Source: an uncultured bacterium (GTDB lineage Bacteria; Bacillota; Limnochordia; DTU080; JAAYLA01). From it: DNA of 64,000 nt. The stretch is from the NCBI GenBank assembly GCA_937983075.1, contig CALKAQ010000031.1:1717-65716 (forward strand). The letters run 5' to 3'. The position numbers were made by a program, and so were the translations under genes. This document shows positions 19,889-28,673 of the stretch, piece by piece (position 1 is the stretch's first letter; every line of letters begins with the position of its first letter). The notes under the pieces were generated by a model. It had not been told where the DNA came from, did no database searches, and was given only the letters and a program-made list of their open reading frames with translations.

Positions 19889-20245
19889 CTACCATTTGAG
19901 GAGATTCATCTTGTTGATGTCGATGCTGTCCCGTCTGCGGGAGATCATCAAAATGATGGCTAAACCAATTGCCACCTCGGCCGCAGCCACAGTCATAACG
20001 AAAAGCGTAAAGACTTGGCCGGTCGCCGCCTCGGGAGTCAAATAACGTCCAAAGGCGATCAAATTGATATTTACGGCGTTCAACATGATTTCAACGCACA
20101 TCAAAATGCGAATGGCATTGCTTACGGTGAGGGCACCGAAAAGCCCGATGCCAAAGAGCAGGGCGCTGAAACCAAGCACATAGGTAAGTGGTAATTCCAT
20201 AGTGCTACTCACCCTCCTCCCTCGTCGCCAAGACAATGGCACCAA
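19889..20245 (-). CDS. nuoK: NADH-quinone oxidoreductase subunit K
   Basis: ~100 aa 3-TM subunit between nuoJ and nuoL. Confidence 0.8.
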   Translation of the reverse strand: MVPLSWRRGRRVSSTMELPLTYVLGFSALLFGIGLFGALTVSNAIRILMCVEIMLNAVNINLIAFGRYLTPEAATGQVFTLFVMTVAAAEVAIGLAIILMISRRRDSIDINKMNLLKW

Positions 20246-20756
20246 CCAGGCCGACGAGCAAGACTAACGACGCGACCTCAAAAGGAATCACGTACGTGTC
20301 AAAGAGCGCCAAACCGATGGCGTGAGGTGTATCCGTAATCACCGACTCGGCCGGATAAATCCGCAGATCAGCCAAGTGATACAATACAATCATTAAGACG
20401 GCAAAGGCGGAAGCGGCCAAAAGCGGCAGAATTGCACGGACAGGGTTTCCGCCTTTGCTTTGCGTGATCCGTTCCCAAAAGGTCATATTCGTGTCGCCGC
20501 GGACTTCGGTAGCGCCGGAGAGCATCACGCCGAATATGAGCAAAACGGTGATCGCACCGACATATACCAGCACTTGTGCTGCGGCCACGAAATCAGCGTT
20601 GAGCATTAAGAAGGCGACCGCCGTGCCGAAGAAGGTGAGCGCAAGCCAAAGCGCTGCATGCATGATGCGTTCGCTGACAACGACGCGCCAAGCGGCGACG
20701 AGTGTGATCAATGCGACGAATAAAAACAGGACGCCGGAAAGATTCATCGTGTCCAT
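20205..20756 (-). CDS. nuoJ: NADH-quinone oxidoreductase subunit J
   Basis: Small membrane subunit; position and hydropathy. Confidence 0.75.
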   Translation of the reverse strand: MDTMNLSGVLFLFVALITLVAAWRVVVSERIMHAALWLALTFFGTAVAFLMLNADFVAAAQVLVYVGAITVLLIFGVMLSGATEVRGDTNMTFWERITQSKGGNPVRAILPLLAASAFAVLMIVLYHLADLRIYPAESVITDTPHAIGLALFDTYVIPFEVASLVLLVGLVGAIVLATREEGE

Positions 20757-21301
20757 TCGCCTCCGGTTTTGATGCCGAAGTTTATCGTAGCCGTTGTCTG
20801 ACGGCGTCCAATTTCCGCCAAGCGTTCCTTGTCGTAGACAAGGTTGCGCAAGTCGTAATCGGCAAGTTCGTATTGGTCAGACATAGCCAGTGCATCGAAT
20901 GGGCATGCTTCTACACAAAGACCGCAATACATGCACCACGTTGAATCGAGATTGTACACCTCGAGAATTTTCTTGCGGTTGGGGCCGCGATAAGACTTGA
21001 TTTCGATGCAATTGACCGGGCAAGCTTTGGCGCAAAGCTCACACGATACACACTTGAGGTTTCCGTCTGCGTCTGACAGCAGGACGGGAAGGCCTCGCGT
21101 ACCAACCGGTACGTCGAGTTTCTCGTCGGGATAATGTATCGTGATGCTCGGTGAGATCATGTTTCGAAAGGTGACACCCATGCCGATGGCCAGTGTCTTC
21201 AGCGTCTTCAGGATCTCTCGAATGTATCGAACCATTTGACGGCACCGTCCTTTACTGGTGAAATGTACCGCTCTTGGCTCTCGTCTAACCCCACACCACA
21301 A
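20744..21301 (-). CDS. nuoI: NADH-quinone oxidoreductase subunit I (2x[4Fe-4S] ferredoxin)
   Basis: CVSCELCAKACP and CMYCGLCVEACP cluster motifs. Confidence 0.9.
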   Translation of the reverse strand: MWCGVRREPRAVHFTSKGRCRQMVRYIREILKTLKTLAIGMGVTFRNMISPSITIHYPDEKLDVPVGTRGLPVLLSDADGNLKCVSCELCAKACPVNCIEIKSYRGPNRKKILEVYNLDSTWCMYCGLCVEACPFDALAMSDQYELADYDLRNLVYDKERLAEIGRRQTTATINFGIKTGGEWTR

Positions 21302-22295
21302 CGATGATCGCCGTGATCAACAACTGTACGACAGCGAGGGGGAGCAGTACTTTCCAACCAAGGTTCATCAAGTGATCGACACGGATGCGCGGGAAACTCC
21401 AACGTATCCACATCGCGAGAAACACAAATCCGTAAACTTTAATGAGCATCCATACGGCAGGGGGGAGGAACGGCCCGGACCAGCCGCCCCAGAACAGCAC
21501 GGCATTCAAAGCGCCTGCCGCCAAAAGCGCGCTGTATTCGGCGAGCATGAAGTATGCCCAGCGCATTCCACTGTATTCCGTGGAGTAACCGGCAACGAGC
21601 TCGGATTCGGCTTCGGGCATGTCGAACGGCGCACGATTGAGCTCAGCCAACGTAGCCGTCAAAAACACGAAAACGCCAATGGGTTGAAGGACGACGAACC
21701 ATAGACCCCATTCTTGCTGTGCCTGCACGATACCGTTCAAGCTCAACGTTCCGGCGAGAAGTGCGACCGATACAATCGACAAAACCAAAGACACTTCGTA
21801 GCTGATCAATTGCGAGGCGGAGCGCATGGCCCCGAGCAACGACCATTTGTTGTTCGAACTCCATCCTGCGGACAGCAGCGCAAGCGTGAGCAGCGAACTC
21901 ACGGCCGCAATGTAAATAAGGCCGATGTTCAGGTCCTGTACAATGAGATTCGGGCTCCAAGGAATCACAACATAAACTAACATGGCGCTCGCGAAAGCGA
22001 TGATCGGCGCGATCACAAAGACGGCCCGATCGGCTGAACTCGGGATAATGTCTTCTTTGCCGAGCAGCTTGAGGGCGTCAGCCAGCGTTTGGAGCGCTCC
22101 GTGGAAGCCGGTGCGCATGGGGCCGACCCGCAGTTGAATGTGCCCGGAGACTTTGCGCTCGAGCCAAATGAGAAACAGCGCGTTGAATAGGATAAACACC
22201 AGGACCAGAAGACCTTGGATGAGTGCCCATACTACGTTGAATGTCCACTGGGGTAGACCCAACGCCATGATTTGGTCGCTGATGAACTGCTGCAT
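21285..22295 (-). CDS. nuoH: NADH-quinone oxidoreductase subunit H
   Basis: NuoH/ND1 family 8-TM protein; conserved LAEYSA... region. Confidence 0.85.
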   Translation of the reverse strand: MQQFISDQIMALGLPQWTFNVVWALIQGLLVLVFILFNALFLIWLERKVSGHIQLRVGPMRTGFHGALQTLADALKLLGKEDIIPSSADRAVFVIAPIIAFASAMLVYVVIPWSPNLIVQDLNIGLIYIAAVSSLLTLALLSAGWSSNNKWSLLGAMRSASQLISYEVSLVLSIVSVALLAGTLSLNGIVQAQQEWGLWFVVLQPIGVFVFLTATLAELNRAPFDMPEAESELVAGYSTEYSGMRWAYFMLAEYSALLAAGALNAVLFWGGWSGPFLPPAVWMLIKVYGFVFLAMWIRWSFPRIRVDHLMNLGWKVLLPLAVVQLLITAIIVVVWG

Positions 22296-23453
22296 TTACC
22301 GGTCCACCTCACCCATAACGATATCAAGGCTGCCGATATTCGCGACCATATCAGCGATCAAGCTGCCCCGGCTGAGTGTGCCCAGAAGCTGCAAGTGAAC
22401 AAAGCATGGGGAGCGCCACTTGACCCGATAGGCTACATCGGTGCCGTCGCATACCAGGTAGCAGCCGACTTCGCCGCGCGGCGATTCAATACGGGAATAC
22501 GTATCACCAGACGGACTGAGACGGCGGGGAACGTCGGCCATGATATCGCCGCCACGCGGAAGGTCTTCAAGGCCGTGACGCACCAATTTGATGCTTTCGG
22601 CGATTTCCGCCATGCGGACTCGATAACGATCGTAAACGTCGCCGTTGGTGCCAACCGGGACGTTGAAATCGTAGCGGTCATAGAGGAGGTAAGGATCGGC
22701 CTTACGGATATCGTAGGGGATTCCGGAAGCCCGCAGCACCGGACCGCTCGCTCCCCAGGCGATGGCTTCTTCCGCCGTGAGCACACCGACTCCGACCGTC
22801 CGTGTTTCGAAAATCTTATTGCTGGTAATCAAATTGTCGAATTCAACAAGCCGCTTCTCGAGGTCGTCCATCAAGCGCAGAACCGTGTCGCGAAAGCCTT
22901 GGTAAAGATCGTTGCGCACACCGCCAATGCGAAAATAATTGTAAAGCATGCGTGCGCCACAAAGCGATTCGTAAACGTCGAGGATTTTCTCACGATCCCG
23001 AAAAGCGTACAAAAAGCCGGTGACGGCACCGAGATCGAGGCAGAAAGCGCCGAACCACAGGAGATGACTGGCGATACGCTGCAACTCATTGGTGATAAAT
23101 CGGATATACACAGCTCGTTCGGGCACTTCAATGTTCAGCAGCTTTTCGACGGCCAGTACATACGTCAATTCCATCGAAAGGGCTGCGAGGTAGTCCGTGC
23201 GGTCCGTGTAGGGAATAACCGCCGGCAAGGGACGCTTTTCGGCGATTTTTTCGAAACAACGGTGAAGATACCCGATGTCGCCCCACGCGTCGACTACTTT
23301 TTCACCGTCTAGACGCGCCATGACCCGCAATACCCCGTGGGTACTCGGGTGCTGCGGTCCCATGTTGATAAGAAGTTCTTCGGTGCGAATACGCGGTTCG
23401 CCCGAACCTGTTTCCTCAAGCTGTGTGGATATGTTCATCTCGCTATCGGCCAT
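22296..23453 (-). CDS. nuoD: NADH-quinone oxidoreductase subunit D (49 kDa)
   Basis: INMGPQHPSTHGVLR signature of the 49 kDa/NiFe-hydrogenase large subunit fold. Confidence 0.9.
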   Translation of the reverse strand: MADSEMNISTQLEETGSGEPRIRTEELLINMGPQHPSTHGVLRVMARLDGEKVVDAWGDIGYLHRCFEKIAEKRPLPAVIPYTDRTDYLAALSMELTYVLAVEKLLNIEVPERAVYIRFITNELQRIASHLLWFGAFCLDLGAVTGFLYAFRDREKILDVYESLCGARMLYNYFRIGGVRNDLYQGFRDTVLRLMDDLEKRLVEFDNLITSNKIFETRTVGVGVLTAEEAIAWGASGPVLRASGIPYDIRKADPYLLYDRYDFNVPVGTNGDVYDRYRVRMAEIAESIKLVRHGLEDLPRGGDIMADVPRRLSPSGDTYSRIESPRGEVGCYLVCDGTDVAYRVKWRSPCFVHLQLLGTLSRGSLIADMVANIGSLDIVMGEVDR

Positions 23454-23495
23454 GCAGAGTCCTCCTCAACAATGGTTGCGAGCGTACGCAAGACG

Positions 23496-24203
23496 TCACG
23501 ATTCGTCGTGGCGCACGCCACGATCGGACGGCGGGGCCCAGGTTTCCTTGTACTGTCGCTCTCTCGGTGGTCGGCTGTCGACGTAATCCTTGCGCAAAGG
23601 ATGGCCGATCCAATCTTCACGGAGCAAAATGCGTTTCAGATTCGGATGGCCGTCAAAACGAATCCCCAGCAAGTCCCAAGCTTCTCGCTCATGCCAGTTG
23701 GCCGTGGGCCAAATATCCACGACGGACGGAACATGAGCGTTATCTCGGCCGCCTTCGGCATTGACTTTCATAATCAATTTCGGCCGACCGGCGGGAATGG
23801 ATATGAGGTGATAGACGACCTGCAGCCCAGCGTCTCGGTAGTCGACACCTGAGAGGGACGACAAAAAATTCAACTTGAGGCGTTCGTCATCGCGCACAAA
23901 GCGAGCGACATCTTTAAGAAGTGCGGCCGGCACGACGACTTCGGTCCAATCGTCTTCCTTGTGAAAGGGCTTCAGCGACGGAAACGCCTCTACAAGAGCA
24001 GCAATCGTTGTTTTCACCTCATCAGGCGCATCAGGTGAGACGGCATGCTCACGCTGACTGGGTTCCGCCTTGGGCCGCTCCGGTTGAGTTTCCGCTGGCT
24101 GGTCGGCAGCCGTAGGAGTCGGCTGGGGAGTTTCGTGAACTCCGTTGCCGCTGTCGTTCATGTTTTCCGACTGCCCATGGGATTCCTTTTCGTTGTAAGC
24201 CAT
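23496..24203 (-). CDS. nuoC: NADH-quinone oxidoreductase subunit C (30 kDa) with low-complexity acidic/Pro-rich N-terminal extension
   Basis: NuoC core from about IAALVEAFP onward; ATG at 24203 has AGAAAGG RBS; the track start at 24278 is GTG without RBS; either way about 65-90 aa of disordered sequence precedes the fold. Confidence 0.75.
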   Translation of the reverse strand: MAYNEKESHGQSENMNDSGNGVHETPQPTPTAADQPAETQPERPKAEPSQREHAVSPDAPDEVKTTIAALVEAFPSLKPFHKEDDWTEVVVPAALLKDVARFVRDDERLKLNFLSSLSGVDYRDAGLQVVYHLISIPAGRPKLIMKVNAEGGRDNAHVPSVVDIWPTANWHEREAWDLLGIRFDGHPNLKRILLREDWIGHPLRKDYVDSRPPRERQYKETWAPPSDRGVRHDES

Positions 24204-24327
24204 ATCGCCTGTACCTTTCTTACCCAAATCCGGCGCGAGAACGCTTTGGGTCAAATAGTCTGAAGTCTCGTCACGCACACGTGATGCGAGGAAAAGCCGT
24301 CACATGCCCATGGAATCATTGAAGCGG

Positions 24328-24819
24328 CTACACTCGTACGAGTGGCCGCTCGATTCCTTCACGAGCAATTTTTTCTTGCAGCATCAATACACCGTGCATG
24401 AGCGATTCGGGTCGGGGAGGACAACCGGGAACATAAACATCGACGGGAATGACTTTGTCGATTCCGTCGACGATGTTGTACTCGCCATGATAAGGACCGC
24501 CGTTGATTGCGCAGCCGCCCATCGCGATGACCCAACGCGGTTCCGCCATCTGGTCGTACAGCAAGCGCACGCGATCGGCGATCTTCTCATTTACGGTGCC
24601 GGGTACAATCATCAGATCGGATTGGCGTGGCGAAGCACGAAAGATCATGCCGAAGCGGTCAAAGTCGTAGCGCGAAGCTCCGGTAGCCATCATTTCGATG
24701 GCGCAGCAGGCAATGCCGAAGAGAAGGTACCATAAAGACGACTTTCGGCTCCAGTTCACCAAGCGCCGCAGCGGCAGGGTGATAATTCCCGGGAGATGCT
24801 GGTTGTCGATCAAACCCAT
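24328..24819 (-). CDS. nuoB: NADH-quinone oxidoreductase subunit B (20 kDa, N2 cluster)
   Basis: CCAIEMM ... GCPP cysteine motifs. Confidence 0.9.
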   Translation of the reverse strand: MGLIDNQHLPGIITLPLRRLVNWSRKSSLWYLLFGIACCAIEMMATGASRYDFDRFGMIFRASPRQSDLMIVPGTVNEKIADRVRLLYDQMAEPRWVIAMGGCAINGGPYHGEYNIVDGIDKVIPVDVYVPGCPPRPESLMHGVLMLQEKIAREGIERPLVRV

Positions 24820-25199
24820 TTCAATGCCCCCTTTTTCCAGGCATATACAAGGCCGTCCAGGAGCATTACGAGGAAAATAAACATCAAAATGAATGCATAA
24901 AGCCCGAGCTCACGCAAAACAACGGCCCAGGGATACAGGAAGATGGTCTCGACGTCAAAAATGACGAACACGAGAGCGTAAATGTAATATCGGGAATGGA
25001 AGTTGATCTGTGCTTCACCGATGGGATCTTCGCCGCATTCGTACGGTGACAGCTTGGCAGGGTAAGGGCGGTGAGGCCGAATCAGTCTGCCGATAAGCAA
25101 GTTGATGACAACGAAAGCTGCGCCGAGCACCAAAAACACGGCTACGTCTGTATAGGCTTCAAGCACGAGGATAGGCCCTCCCCATACATGGTATGGCAC
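24810..25199 (-). CDS. nuoA: NADH-quinone oxidoreductase subunit A
   Basis: 3-TM protein with PYECGEDP motif; first gene of the operon. Confidence 0.85.
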   Translation of the reverse strand: MPYHVWGGPILVLEAYTDVAVFLVLGAAFVVINLLIGRLIRPHRPYPAKLSPYECGEDPIGEAQINFHSRYYIYALVFVIFDVETIFLYPWAVVLRELGLYAFILMFIFLVMLLDGLVYAWKKGALKWV

Positions 25200-25478
25200 A
25201 ACGTGAAACTTGCCGCTAAAGATATAATGAATGAATTCACAAAGCGATTCGCGCCAAAACTAGTCCCTTAGTCCGTTTTGCCGCCCTCATTATACTGGCT
25301 GCCTATAGCAGTGTCAACAACTCGCACAATGCCGTGGAGCCTTTCTGAAAGGCATTTTGACGATGTCCTGCCTGGAATTGCCAGCGTTGGCAGGACTGCC
25401 TTGGCAGGTACGCCGTTCATCGCTTATGGTAAGATATTGGAATGAAGCGTTGGCTCTTAAAAGACGGGAGGTTCTTTT

Positions 25479-25994
25479 GTGACGCTGGCCTCGGTGATCA
25501 CCCTCGGGCGAATTTTTTTGGTCCCGGTCTTTCTCGCACTGCTGTTGACAGCGGAGCAGTTGACGTATCGCGTACCTCTCGCTGTCGCCGTTTTTGTTTT
25601 GGCCGCGGTTACCGACGGTCTTGACGGTTATGTGGCCCGTGCGCGCCGTGAGGTGACCAAGTTCGGTGCCTTAATCGATCCGGTCGCGGACAAATTGCTC
25701 ATATCGTCCGCGCTCATTGCTCTAGTCGAGCTCGGTGAAGTGTCGGCTTGGATAGCCGTGCTGATCATCGGACGCGAATTTGCGGTTTCCGGTTTGCGAA
25801 TCGTCGTAGCCAGTGAGGGCGGAGAAATCCCGGTGAGTCGCTGGGGCAAAATCAAAACCTTTTCGCAGATCATCGGTATCGTCGGCGTACTTCTCGGAAT
25901 TCCGGGGGGAACCGTCATTTTGTGGATTGCATCGGGAATAACCGTCATTTCCGGTATCGATTATTTCATTAAAGCACAGATACACCTGCGCTGA
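25479..25994 (+). CDS. pgsA: CDP-diacylglycerol--glycerol-3-phosphate 3-phosphatidyltransferase
   Basis: CDP-alcohol phosphatidyltransferase motif DGLDGYVAR...G...DPVADK; GTG at 25479 after GGGAGG; conserved position relative to rodZ/cinA/recA. Confidence 0.85.
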   Translation: MTLASVITLGRIFLVPVFLALLLTAEQLTYRVPLAVAVFVLAAVTDGLDGYVARARREVTKFGALIDPVADKLLISSALIALVELGEVSAWIAVLIIGREFAVSGLRIVVASEGGEIPVSRWGKIKTFSQIIGIVGVLLGIPGGTVILWIASGITVISGIDYFIKAQIHLR

Positions 25995-26113
25995 CGACGA
26001 CAGGGACAGGCTGCTTCGCCTGTCCCTGTCGGTTTGGGTTTCTGCATGTACAAACGTGCCGGGCGTATCGAGTGGGGATTCGTACGTCGCAGAGGCCGAA
26101 GGTGAGGAACGCC

Positions 26114-26836
26114 CTAAACGGCTTCTTCGTCCAGTGAGGCGTCGGATGGCGTACTGAGATTCGCCTGTAGTTCATTCTCTAGCTGCTCGAAGAACGCGTC
26201 TTTGTTCCCGAAAGCATAAACGATTTGTCCGTACTTTAAACCTGCCTCCCGAGCAACGGCAGCGAGCGTCAGCCGCTTGCCTTGTTTGCGCATGCGTATG
26301 CCGGCTTCCAAGGCAAGTTTCGCAGCTTCCTCCTTGGCCAGGCGGCCTCGATCCGGCTCGTACGGCATCGGAATGCGACCGCCACGATTGGAGGCTAAGG
26401 GGCTCGCCATTTGCTTGACGTTGTCGAGATCTCGAAAAGCTTCAAGAGTAAAGCGATCGATGCGTTTGATGCCGGCTTCGATCGCACCGAGACGGGCTTC
26501 AAGCCGATCCAGTCGTTCATGTAACGAATCGAGACGTTCGAGCACTGCGGCGGTCTCCTCCTTATTCTCAGCATGTTTCTTGTAGCTCTGGCGATTCGAG
26601 GCATCGCGTGAGCCCAGCTGAATGAGCCAATCGAGGCAGTTGCTCAGGGCTGAGAAAGTTTTGATCCCTAATTCTTGATAAAGCGCGTCTGTAGAACGGA
26701 AATCGTAAGGCGTTTCTGTCGCTGCTGTCTCCTTGGCTGCCGGAAAATTGCTCGTTCCAAAATGTCTGTCGAGTACACGCTCCGCCGTCGCTTGTCTCTC
26801 CAGTGATTCATAGTAACGCTGTTTGGCTTCTCTCAA
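26114..26836 (-). CDS. Hypothetical protein with coiled coil and C-terminal HTH-like segment
   Basis: Heptad-rich LERLDSLHERLDRLEARLGAIEAGIKRIDR; C-terminal LTLAAVAREAGLKYGQIVYAFGNKDAFF resembles a TetR-type HTH; coherent codon usage on minus strand. Confidence 0.45.
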   Translation of the reverse strand: MREAKQRYYESLERQATAERVLDRHFGTSNFPAAKETAATETPYDFRSTDALYQELGIKTFSALSNCLDWLIQLGSRDASNRQSYKKHAENKEETAAVLERLDSLHERLDRLEARLGAIEAGIKRIDRFTLEAFRDLDNVKQMASPLASNRGGRIPMPYEPDRGRLAKEEAAKLALEAGIRMRKQGKRLTLAAVAREAGLKYGQIVYAFGNKDAFFEQLENELQANLSTPSDASLDEEAV

Positions 26837-27073
26837 GGGGGATACTCCTTTCGGAAGAGCTAAAGCGCCTTTTCATTCATTGTATGTGCGGCTGACGGGG
26901 TTTCTATTCCTAACGAAGGATATTTCATTGAAACAGTTGATATAGAAACAGGTGTAAAATCTAGCGAAATGGGGCATACGGAGGTGTGGGTGAGCATCCC
27001 GCTAACCTATGGGATGGCGGGATGCTCCATTCGAGGCAGAGTGCGGGCCGGCGCTTCCATTGGTGATCCCGCC

Positions 27074-27601
27074 TTAACCCAGCTGTTTCGAGAGGAAATC
27101 GGCAGCCGTCTGGCACAGAGTTCGTTCCAGTTCCCCCATGGGCTTTTCTTTTGAAAGAAGGATGACGCTGCCAACCAGGTCGCCTTCGTGAATGATGGGG
27201 ACGACAAGCTGGTGGGCGTCCTCAAAGCCGGGGATAGGCAAGGTTTGATTGGCCTCCGAACTGTTGAATATAGTACGCTCCTCAATGAGATCGGAAAGCT
27301 CATCGGGCAGGTTTTTTCCGAGATACGCTTTTTTCCCTGTACCTGCTACTGCAATGTACGAATCCCGGTCGGTAATCAAGCAAACGTGTTTGGTCGATTC
27401 GAACAGGGACTCGGCATATTCCTGGGCGAAGTCTTCGAGATCGGCGATCGGCGAGTATTTCTTGAGAATGACTTCGCCGTCGCGATCCGTGAATATCTCT
27501 AGTGCATCCCGCTCACGAATGCGGAGGGTGCGCCGGATCTCTTTGGGGATCACAATGCGCCCCAGGTCATCGATGCGTCTTACGATACCCGTTGCTTTCA
27601 T
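27074..27601 (-). CDS. spoVT: Stage V sporulation protein T (AbrB-type N-domain plus GAF domain)
   Basis: N-terminus MKATGIVRRIDDLGRIVIPKEIRRTLRIRE matches the SpoVT/AbrB swapped-hairpin domain; C-terminal GAF-like domain; GGGAGGA RBS. Confidence 0.85.
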   Translation of the reverse strand: MKATGIVRRIDDLGRIVIPKEIRRTLRIRERDALEIFTDRDGEVILKKYSPIADLEDFAQEYAESLFESTKHVCLITDRDSYIAVAGTGKKAYLGKNLPDELSDLIEERTIFNSSEANQTLPIPGFEDAHQLVVPIIHEGDLVGSVILLSKEKPMGELERTLCQTAADFLSKQLG

Positions 27602-27939
27602 TGGTGCATTCCTCCCGAGACTAATTTTTAGCAGGGAGTAGTGAAGTATCCATGCGCTGACCAGGAAAGTTGTGCCGCCAATGCCTAAAGCGCAGGTCAG
27701 AGCGGGGAGCGCATGAGAAAAAACGCACTCGGCACGTGTGCCGGAACGACGTCCCGTTCCACGGAAAAGCTTTCGTAGAGCCTGTTTACGCTAGTGTGTC
27801 CAATGAGCTGACCGATGAGTAGCGTGAGTCGATGCGGCGGGGGTATGGAAAAATTTTATAGGCCGCCGGTACCGACAGCTGATCTAGTGAGAACAGGTTT
27901 TGTCGTGAGCTTTTGCCAGCCCAGACCAGGCGGTCCCTA

Positions 27940-27948
27940 TGGTATAAT
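27940..27948 (+). promoter_or_regulatory. Extended -10 promoter element (TGgTATAAT) facing the membrane-protein/FtsH-like operon
   Basis: TGGTATAAT at 27940-27948 with weak -35; leaves about a 170 nt 5-prime leader. Confidence 0.4.
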
Positions 27949-28118
27949 GAGCGTGCTGGTGGAGGCTCGCACGGAGCAGCCAACGCTGGCCATTGATAAA
28001 GATTACAACTTCATCCTACTGGTGGAACGGAATCTGTAAGGAATGCAACGCTTGGGATCCCTTGGACGCGACGGAACGCGCTCGATGGTTTCCAGGCGTT
28101 TTATTTTGCGAGGTGAAG

Positions 28119-28673
28119 ATGGTGCTGCAGGGCCTGCGGATTCCCGTCATCGTCGCCGTGTTCGTGGTCAGCCTGGGTCTTGCCCTCCTCGGCCAGCAGG
28201 TGCTGTATGGGAAGCACGTAACGTCACCGATGATTCAAGAGCTCGAGGCCTATGACGGAGTCGTCTCGGTTGAAGTGTTGTCGACCGGAGGAAAATCGGA
28301 GGTCTGGATTTCAATCGACCAAGGTGTCAATCTGCTGCAAGTTTATCCCGAGTGGGAACAACTTGCTTTGGCCAGGTTGGGAGACGATTTTGGCGGCATC
28401 CGAATTGTCGACCGTCGTGATGAGCAGCTGTCCGAGGCGTATTACCAGCTGCATTTCGGTATTGCCGAGGCCGTGATGACGGGAAGGTTCCGTGAGTTGA
28501 ACGAAGAGGCGGCTCAAATTGCCGCGGACTGGGGACTCGATCGGTATCGCATCGACATCGATGCGACGCGAGTCTATGTCCAGCTCGAACGAGGCGAGGC
28601 ATATTTGGTCGAAATCGTTCCGCGCGTATTCTGGCAAAATCATCAGGCAGAAAGGGGGACGGCACTTTGGTAA
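28119..28673 (+). CDS. Hypothetical membrane-anchored protein (single N-terminal TM, soluble C-domain), first gene of FtsH-like operon
   Basis: ATG at 28119 after GAGGTGA; N-terminal LRIPVIVAVFVVSLGLALLG TM; stop overlaps downstream FtsH-like start by 7 nt; the track start 27993 is TTG without RBS. Confidence 0.5.
   Translation: MVLQGLRIPVIVAVFVVSLGLALLGQQVLYGKHVTSPMIQELEAYDGVVSVEVLSTGGKSEVWISIDQGVNLLQVYPEWEQLALARLGDDFGGIRIVDRRDEQLSEAYYQLHFGIAEAVMTGRFRELNEEAAQIAADWGLDRYRIDIDATRVYVQLERGEAYLVEIVPRVFWQNHQAERGTALW

Noticed and set aside
27815-28039. 74-aa plus-strand ORF (and 27786..27983 minus) inside the spoVT/FtsH-like intergenic region
   Set aside because: No RBS and an odd composition. The region is better explained as promoter plus leader RNA.
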